From Bacteroidales bacterium (lineage in GTDB: Bacteria > Bacteroidota > Bacteroidia > Bacteroidales > NBLH01), in NCBI GenBank assembly GCA_016937695.1, contig JAFGWC010000002.1, forward strand, positions 2,317-66,316: 64,000 nt of DNA, given 5' to 3'. The notes below the pieces were generated by a model that did not search any database, was not told where the DNA came from, and saw only the letters and a list, made by a program, of their open reading frames with translations. Below are positions 59,467 through 64,000 of this stretch, piece by piece. The position numbers were made by a program, and so were the translations under genes. How positions within the stretch are numbered: the stretch's first letter is position 1; the number at the start of each line of letters is the position of its first letter.

Positions 59467-60008
59467 AATCCGATTATCGCATATTTAAACATTGTTTCAA
59501 ACCCAAACATTATTAACAATATAAATATTCCGCGAATAAAGCTTATTTTTGTTAATTCAACAACTCCTACCAAAATCAAAAACATATTCCAAAAAGTTAA
59601 TAATATTTCAATAAAATTATCAAAACCATTTGTATTAAATATGATTTGGATTAAAAACAACACAATGTTTGATATCATTGCAATTCCTACTATTATTCCA
59701 ATGTTTTTATAATCTGTTTCTATTCCTATTTTATAAAATATCATAGTTATAAAATATATTCGAAAAATATATAAAATTATTAATCCGAAAAGAAAAGAAA
59801 CTAAATAAACAAGAATATGCGATAAATTATTATTCCAAACAGCAGTATTTAAAGTAAATACGTGCAATAATGTTGTAATAAAAGATAATGCCCAAACTAA
59901 ATAAACTAAATTTTTTGGTTTAAATTTTTTATCAACAATTAAATTGAAAAAAAATTGGCGTGGCGAGAAAAACAATAAATGAATGTTTGTAAAAATATTT
60001 TTATACAT
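59463..60008 (-). CDS. Yip1-like small polytopic membrane protein
   Basis: 181 aa, 5 TM. 4-nt overlap with the downstream gene start. Assignment by topology only. Confidence 0.4.
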   Translation of the reverse strand: MYKNIFTNIHLLFFSPRQFFFNLIVDKKFKPKNLVYLVWALSFITTLLHVFTLNTAVWNNNLSHILVYLVSFLFGLIILYIFRIYFITMIFYKIGIETDYKNIGIIVGIAMISNIVLFLIQIIFNTNGFDNFIEILLTFWNMFLILVGVVELTKISFIRGIFILLIMFGFETMFKYAIIGF

Positions 60009-60116
60009 TATAAAATTTTATTCTGATGTTATTTTTTGGATTAAACCAAATATTGTGTGTAAAATTATACATAAAAGAATAAAACTACAATAAAACAAAA
60101 ACTTGTCAATTTAGTA

Positions 60117-60668
60117 TTAAGTATTATCCAATAAACTGTGTAAAGTTGATTTTCCTGATGTTTCTTCAATTTTCAGCTTTTGGTAATCGTATTGATCTAA
60201 TATTTCTAAAGCGTAAGCGTAATCAGTTATTACTTTTAACAATCCTTCACTTTCTTCATTCGAAAGTGTTTTGTAATCAATTACTTTGCCTAATATTCTA
60301 ACAGATTCTTGAAGTTCTTTAAGCTGTTCGTTTTGCTTTTTCAAGAGTTTCTCATTGATTGAATACCCTTTGATTAAGTATTCTTTCAATATTTTATTTG
60401 CCCAAATTCTAAATTCTGTTCCGCGAAATGAATTCACACGATAACCAACAGCAATAATCACATCGAGATTATAGTATTTGATATTACGTTTTATCTCTCT
60501 GTTGCCTTCCTTTTGAACTTGTGCAATTTTTGCACAAGTTGAATCTTCGTCTAATTCACTTGATTTGTAAATATTTAGGATATGTTTATTTAAAGATGTT
60601 CTATTCGTTTCAAAAAGAGATTCAAGTTGATACTGATTCAACCAAACGGTTTCATTTTCAAGTTTCAC
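60117..60668 (-). CDS. RhuM-family protein, truncated (183 aa against an expected ~330)
   Basis: ETVWLNQYQLESLFETNRTSLNKHILNIY, CAKIAQVQKEGNREIKRNIKYYNLDVIIAVGYRVNSFRGTEFRIWANKILKEYLIKG: RhuM N-terminal core. GTG start. The frame stays open a further 16 codons upstream (IQIFRTKDGKTEIQ) without an ATG, and the C-terminal half of the family is absent. Confidence 0.65.
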   Translation of the reverse strand: MKLENETVWLNQYQLESLFETNRTSLNKHILNIYKSSELDEDSTCAKIAQVQKEGNREIKRNIKYYNLDVIIAVGYRVNSFRGTEFRIWANKILKEYLIKGYSINEKLLKKQNEQLKELQESVRILGKVIDYKTLSNEESEGLLKVITDYAYALEILDQYDYQKLKIEETSGKSTLHSLLDNT

Positions 60669-60755
60669 TTGAATTTCTGTCTTTCCATCTTTTGTTCTAA
60701 AGATCTGAATTTATGAATTATTAATTCCTGTTTTTTCAGTAAAGGTAACGATTTT

Positions 60756-60808
60756 TCGGCGTCATAATGCACGCTAACGGAAATGTGTTAAGTGCAATGT
60801 TAGTGCCA
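60756..60808. other. GC-richer palindromic element related to 62689-62800
   Basis: CGGCGTCATAATGCACGCTAACGGAAATGTGTTAAGTGCAATGTTAGTGCC. It shares GCAC(GC)TAACGGAAAT.G.TTAA.TG with 62692-62716, and has an internal stem GCACGCTAAC/GTTAG-TGC. Confidence 0.5.
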
Positions 60809-60955
60809 TTCAATTATTTGGTATTAAATTCATTATATTCTCTGACGAATTAAAATTATATTCAGGAATTGTAATTATTCCATTGTCTGAAAACAAACAA
60901 ATATAAATAGAACAATCTACTGGAATATCATTTGGTTTAGGACTTTCAAAACCTT

Positions 60956-61918
60956 TTATTTTTCAAAAAATTCTTGTAGATTTGTTGTTATTTTTTCATT
61001 GTTTGAATAAACTAAAACATTTTCAATATGGTTATCTTTTGTAATAACAAATTGAACAAAACACCAATAATTCAAAATGTTGTTTTCTTTATTAATTTCT
61101 AATAAATAGTCATTTAATTCAATTTTCAAAGTCGTGTTTAAATTGTTCGAATTTTTATATTTTAACAGCTGTTTAAATAAATAATTGTTTTCATCCGTTT
61201 CAGGTATTGCTATAAACTTGAATATATCAACATTTTCGTTTAAAATATAACCATTCAATGATATTTTTGGGTCACTTGTATAGACTAAACCATAAGAACT
61301 GCCCTTATAAAAACTCCCATTATCGAAATATTCAATTGCATTTGAGTTATTCCAACCCCATTTATCGTCCATTTTTCCGTCTATTATATTTCCAGAAATA
61401 TTATATTTTGTAAATTGCTTATAACCTGAAATAATCTTTCCTTTATATTTTCCATTTCCATTATCAAATACTATTTTCCCATTTTTTTTATAATATTCTT
61501 TCACATATGGAGTATCCAGACTAAATGATATAACTTTTTCTAAATTACCGTTTTGATAATAGTAATTCCAAATGCTATCTTTAAATGATTTTTTGAAAAT
61601 TCCAGAATATTCCAATTGACCATTTTTGTAATAACTATTAACTTTACCATCAAAAAAACCATTATTTATTTCGCATTCATATGAAATTTGATTATTCATA
61701 TAATAATCAGTCACTTTATTTGACAAATCGAATGTTTGCATACTAATTTGTGTTTTTCTATAAAATTCTGCTTTTGAATTAATTGTTATATCACCCACAT
61801 TATCAAGGTAAAACAAAACAGTATCGGAACTTATTGAAAAATATTCTAACTTGTTATTTTTTTGAGCAAATAGTAAAGAAGTAAAAAATACAAATATTAG
61901 TGTTATTTTAAATTGCAT
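60956..61918 (-). CDS. secreted MORN-variant (YwqK-type) repeat protein
   Basis: Signal peptide MQFKITLIFVFFTSLLFAQ. Repeats YYMNNQISYE, YYKNGQLEYSG, YYQNGNLEK, YYKKNGKIVF. Confidence 0.6.
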   Translation of the reverse strand: MQFKITLIFVFFTSLLFAQKNNKLEYFSISSDTVLFYLDNVGDITINSKAEFYRKTQISMQTFDLSNKVTDYYMNNQISYECEINNGFFDGKVNSYYKNGQLEYSGIFKKSFKDSIWNYYYQNGNLEKVISFSLDTPYVKEYYKKNGKIVFDNGNGKYKGKIISGYKQFTKYNISGNIIDGKMDDKWGWNNSNAIEYFDNGSFYKGSSYGLVYTSDPKISLNGYILNENVDIFKFIAIPETDENNYLFKQLLKYKNSNNLNTTLKIELNDYLLEINKENNILNYWCFVQFVITKDNHIENVLVYSNNEKITTNLQEFFEK

Positions 61919-62069
61919 ATTATTTATTTTTTTGTTCGTTAAAATATTGTTTTAATTCTTCAAATTCTGATTTAATCAAATATTATTTATTATATTTTCG
62001 TTTCAGTTTACTACCCGTTAAATCTAATTCTATAAGATTTTTCATTTCAAAAATACAATCAGGTAAAAT

Positions 62070-62672
62070 CTATATCTTATTATTCGAAAGAACAAGCCTT
62101 TCTAAATTTGGCAATTCATAAATAGTTTCAGGTATTTCTTTCAAATTACAGTCTGATAAAACTAAAACTCTCAAATTTATCAATTTTGTTAAAACTTCTG
62201 GAAATTCTTTGAAATTATAGTCTGATAGTATCAGATGTTCCAAATTTATTAAGTTTTCAAATTCTTTTGGCAGTTCTTTTTTTCTATTACCAGGAATATT
62301 TAAAAATCTTAAATTTGTTAGTCCGCATATTTCTATCGGAAATTTTGAAAAAAAGTTCCATACTAAATTTAACGATTGTAAATTTTTGAGTTTTACAATT
62401 TCTGGTTTTAACTTTCTTAATTCATTCCAAGGAAGTTGTAGTTCTTGCAATGAAATTATTTCGCAAATCTTTGTTGGTAAACTTGTATAACCATTACTTG
62501 AGAACAAAAGACGATAAACTGGTTTACTTTCACTAAAAGGCTTTATTGCACTATTTTCTATAATGTACAAAGTTTGTTTCTCTATTTCCTTATAAGGCAA
62601 TAAGGTGTCAAGTTGGCAAAAAGTGTTAATTGAATTAATCAAAAAAATTAAAATCAATATTATATTTTTCAT
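62070..62672 (-). CDS. secreted leucine-rich repeat protein; the TAG stop interrupts an LRR unit and the frame continues LRR-like to 61983
   Basis: Seven ~23-aa LRR units (L..L.L..N.L..LP..I..L). After ...LERLVLSNNKI the TAG (rc of 62070-62072) is followed in frame by ILPDCIFEMKNLIELDLTGSKLKRKYNK*. Confidence 0.7.
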   Translation of the reverse strand: MKNIILILIFLINSINTFCQLDTLLPYKEIEKQTLYIIENSAIKPFSESKPVYRLLFSSNGYTSLPTKICEIISLQELQLPWNELRKLKPEIVKLKNLQSLNLVWNFFSKFPIEICGLTNLRFLNIPGNRKKELPKEFENLINLEHLILSDYNFKEFPEVLTKLINLRVLVLSDCNLKEIPETIYELPNLERLVLSNNKI

Positions 62673-62688
62673 TATTAGTTTTTTTTTG

Positions 62689-62800
62689 TTGGCACTAACG
62701 GAAATTGCTTAATGACGGCGAGGTTTGCAGCTTGCGTAGTGCAGCGAAGCGAAACGGAGCAAGCTGCAAGCACCACTGCCCGCCCAAGTCGATTTTAGAG
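62689..62800 (-). other. GC-rich, strongly structured ~110-nt intergenic element (candidate ncRNA or recombination/processing site)
   Basis: 11-bp perfect stem TTGCAGCTTGC (62725-62735) / GCAAGCTGCAA (62759-62769). It is enclosed by GGCGAG (62717-62722) / CCCGCC (62779-62784), which pairs fully only as minus-strand RNA (G-U). The loop holds a tandem GCGAA GCGAA. Local GC is far above the ~29% background. Confidence 0.55.
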
Positions 62801-63766
62801 CTATTTATTTATTCCTTTTTTTTCGATATATTCGATTAATTCATCTGGCTTGAAAATTTTGTCGTATTCACTTTTAATCTTTCCTAATTTGCAATCTTCG
62901 GTTATTAGCCTTAAAAAACTGTTGAAATCAGCGTTTTCATGTGCTAAACGATTGACAGTATCCCAATCAATTTCCTGATTAATTCGTGAAGGAAATACAA
63001 TTTCACTTTCAAATACATTATCTGCATTTAATTTTATCAGACCAATACCAAATGCGTTATTTAATCGTCTGATTTCGTCTTTTAAGGTTGGGTCATCGTC
63101 TAAATTTAATGTTACAAGATAGCCTTCATTTGCCCAACTTGAATTTGAAACAGCTTGAAAATATGATTGTCGTAAGTTGGTGAAATTTAAATTTACTTTT
63201 AACTCAAATGAAAACAGCTTAATAGAACTTATTCTTAAAAAGTCTTGTATTTCTATGGTTTCTACTAAATAATCTTTAAAGGGGAAGTAAACACCCACTA
63301 AATCAGGGTGCAACCACTCATTTTGTCCTTTTGTTGATTTTGCTGAATTTTCGTGAAATATTGTTTTTACATTAGCCTTGAAATGAGTATCAATATTTGC
63401 ATAGGCAACAACTATTGGGTGCAAATCACGTTCATTAAATTTTTTGGCTTCTTTTTTCTCTATTTTAGTTTGTTCAATTTCTTTCTTCTTTTGAAGCTTC
63501 TCAATATCTGCACTTTCATATAATCTCCTGAGAAAAAACTGTGCAGGACGTTCACTCGTCTGAACAACCATTGAGTTGTCTCCATTATTGTTAATATCTG
63601 TATAACAATATGCTGCAATTGTTGCCCATGGCGTTTTCCCGTTTGTTGTAAAATCTCCAATTGTGCCAATTTGATTTGCCCTTTCCCATATTTCTTTGGC
63701 TGAAAGCGGTGTTCCTACTGCTTCAATTGTTTTTTCGATTACGTCCCAAAATGTAGTTCTTGCCAT
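62801..63766 (-). CDS. HARE-HTH (winged helix) N-terminal domain fused to a PD-(D/E)xK nuclease-like domain
   Basis: N-terminus FWDVIEKTIEAVGTPLSAKEIWERA...GKTPWATIAAYCYTDI is HARE-HTH-like. C-terminus WLHPDLVGVYFP...LFSFELKVNL is a P-D...E-x-K pattern, followed by YFQAVSNSSWANEGYLV. Confidence 0.55.
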   Translation of the reverse strand: MARTTFWDVIEKTIEAVGTPLSAKEIWERANQIGTIGDFTTNGKTPWATIAAYCYTDINNNGDNSMVVQTSERPAQFFLRRLYESADIEKLQKKKEIEQTKIEKKEAKKFNERDLHPIVVAYANIDTHFKANVKTIFHENSAKSTKGQNEWLHPDLVGVYFPFKDYLVETIEIQDFLRISSIKLFSFELKVNLNFTNLRQSYFQAVSNSSWANEGYLVTLNLDDDPTLKDEIRRLNNAFGIGLIKLNADNVFESEIVFPSRINQEIDWDTVNRLAHENADFNSFLRLITEDCKLGKIKSEYDKIFKPDELIEYIEKKGINK

Positions 63767-63767
63767 T

Positions 63768-64000
63768 TTAATTATCTTTTTTCATAACATACAATGTTCC
63801 TTTATTCTTGCCAATTACTTCAACAATATTTTCATTCCTTAAATATGTCAAATCTTTTTTTATTGTATTTCTCGAAGTTTCAGGCATTTGTTTTACTAAA
63901 TCACTAATTTTCACAGGTTGATGTTTAATTATTAATTCTTTAATGCTTTTCTGTCTATCGTTTAAATATGTTGTTGTGTTTTTATATATTTCGTATTTCT
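63768..64000 (-). CDS. C-terminal winged-helix (DeoR-like, as found at the end of Fic-family proteins); 5' part is off the window
   Basis: Own translation: ..YLNDRQKSIKELIIKHQPVKISDLVKQMPETSRNTIKKDLTYLRNENIVEVIGKNKGTLYVMKKDN*. The stop is 1 nt before the ATG of the next gene. Confidence 0.45.
   Translation of the reverse strand, partial: KYEIYKNTTTYLNDRQKSIKELIIKHQPVKISDLVKQMPETSRNTIKKDLTYLRNENIVEVIGKNKGTLYVMKKDN

Noticed and set aside
60830-60955. A 48-codon open frame (GFESPKPNDIPVDCSIYICLFSDNGIITIPEYNFNSSENIMNLIPNN) downstream of the MORN gene on the minus strand
   Set aside because: No start codon, no recognisable motif, and no similarity to the neighbouring MORN proteins. Probably non-coding or an unidentifiable remnant.
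62689-62800. The GC-rich element as a tRNA or tmRNA fragment, or as an integron attC site
   Set aside because: No T-loop (GTTCRANYC) or acceptor/anticodon geometry. The candidate core sites (CACTAAC / GTTAGTG) do not fit RYYYAAC / GTTRRRY. No intI integrase is in view.
1-64000. Search for rRNA, tRNA, CRISPR arrays, transposases, integrases and prophage structural genes
   Set aside because: None found. There are no regularly spaced direct repeats, no GC-rich cloverleaf-like islands, and no ORF with DDE, tyrosine or serine recombinase motifs. The island-like right end therefore cannot be called a mobile element.

Overview
AT-rich chromosomal window (about 29-30% GC by eye). DnaK, the 'EKMPEFPGG' TonB C-terminal domains, MORN-variant repeat proteins and the BlaR1-TonB and RND-OMF fusions all point to an anaerobic member of the Bacteroidota. 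Coding density is high. I found no rRNA, tRNA, CRISPR array, transposase or integrase. Contents in order: two aconitase-family (LeuC-like) genes split by an orphan ORF; a BlaI/BlaR1-TonB pair followed by a frameshifted gene with four tandem TonB-C domains; housekeeping genes (FKBP x2, panB, dnaK, cinA, nucleoside phosphorylase, Ste24-like M48 protease); three methyl-accepting chemotaxis-type (MCP) paralogues; lipid-related genes (acyl-ACP thioesterase, acyl-CoA ligase, hotdog/MaoC proteins); an ECF sigma factor with an anti-sigma/beta-barrel partner; an S8 protease; and a heavy-metal RND pump fused to its outer-membrane factor. At 49.4-55.5 kb there is a ten-gene, single-strand oxidative-stress island: FNR-like reductase, rubredoxin, an unannotated 59-aa winged-helix ORF, rubrerythrin, DHOD-like protein, ferritin, superoxide reductase, a decayed ahpC, a Prx6-type peroxiredoxin and a PerR-like Fur regulator with a 7-1-7 palindrome next to its start. 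The right end (55.5-64 kb) looks accessory. It holds several gene remnants (FAD-dehydrogenase fragment, LytTR fragment, truncated RhuM), MORN and LRR proteins, a HARE-HTH/PD-(D/E)xK nuclease-like gene abutting a Fic-type C-terminus, and an unusual GC-rich structured intergenic element. Other unexplained signals: a ~130-bp intergenic repeat present at least twice, with a partial third copy, and in-frame stop codons at conserved sense positions in two genes. All calls rest on reading the translations and the DNA by eye; no database search was run.
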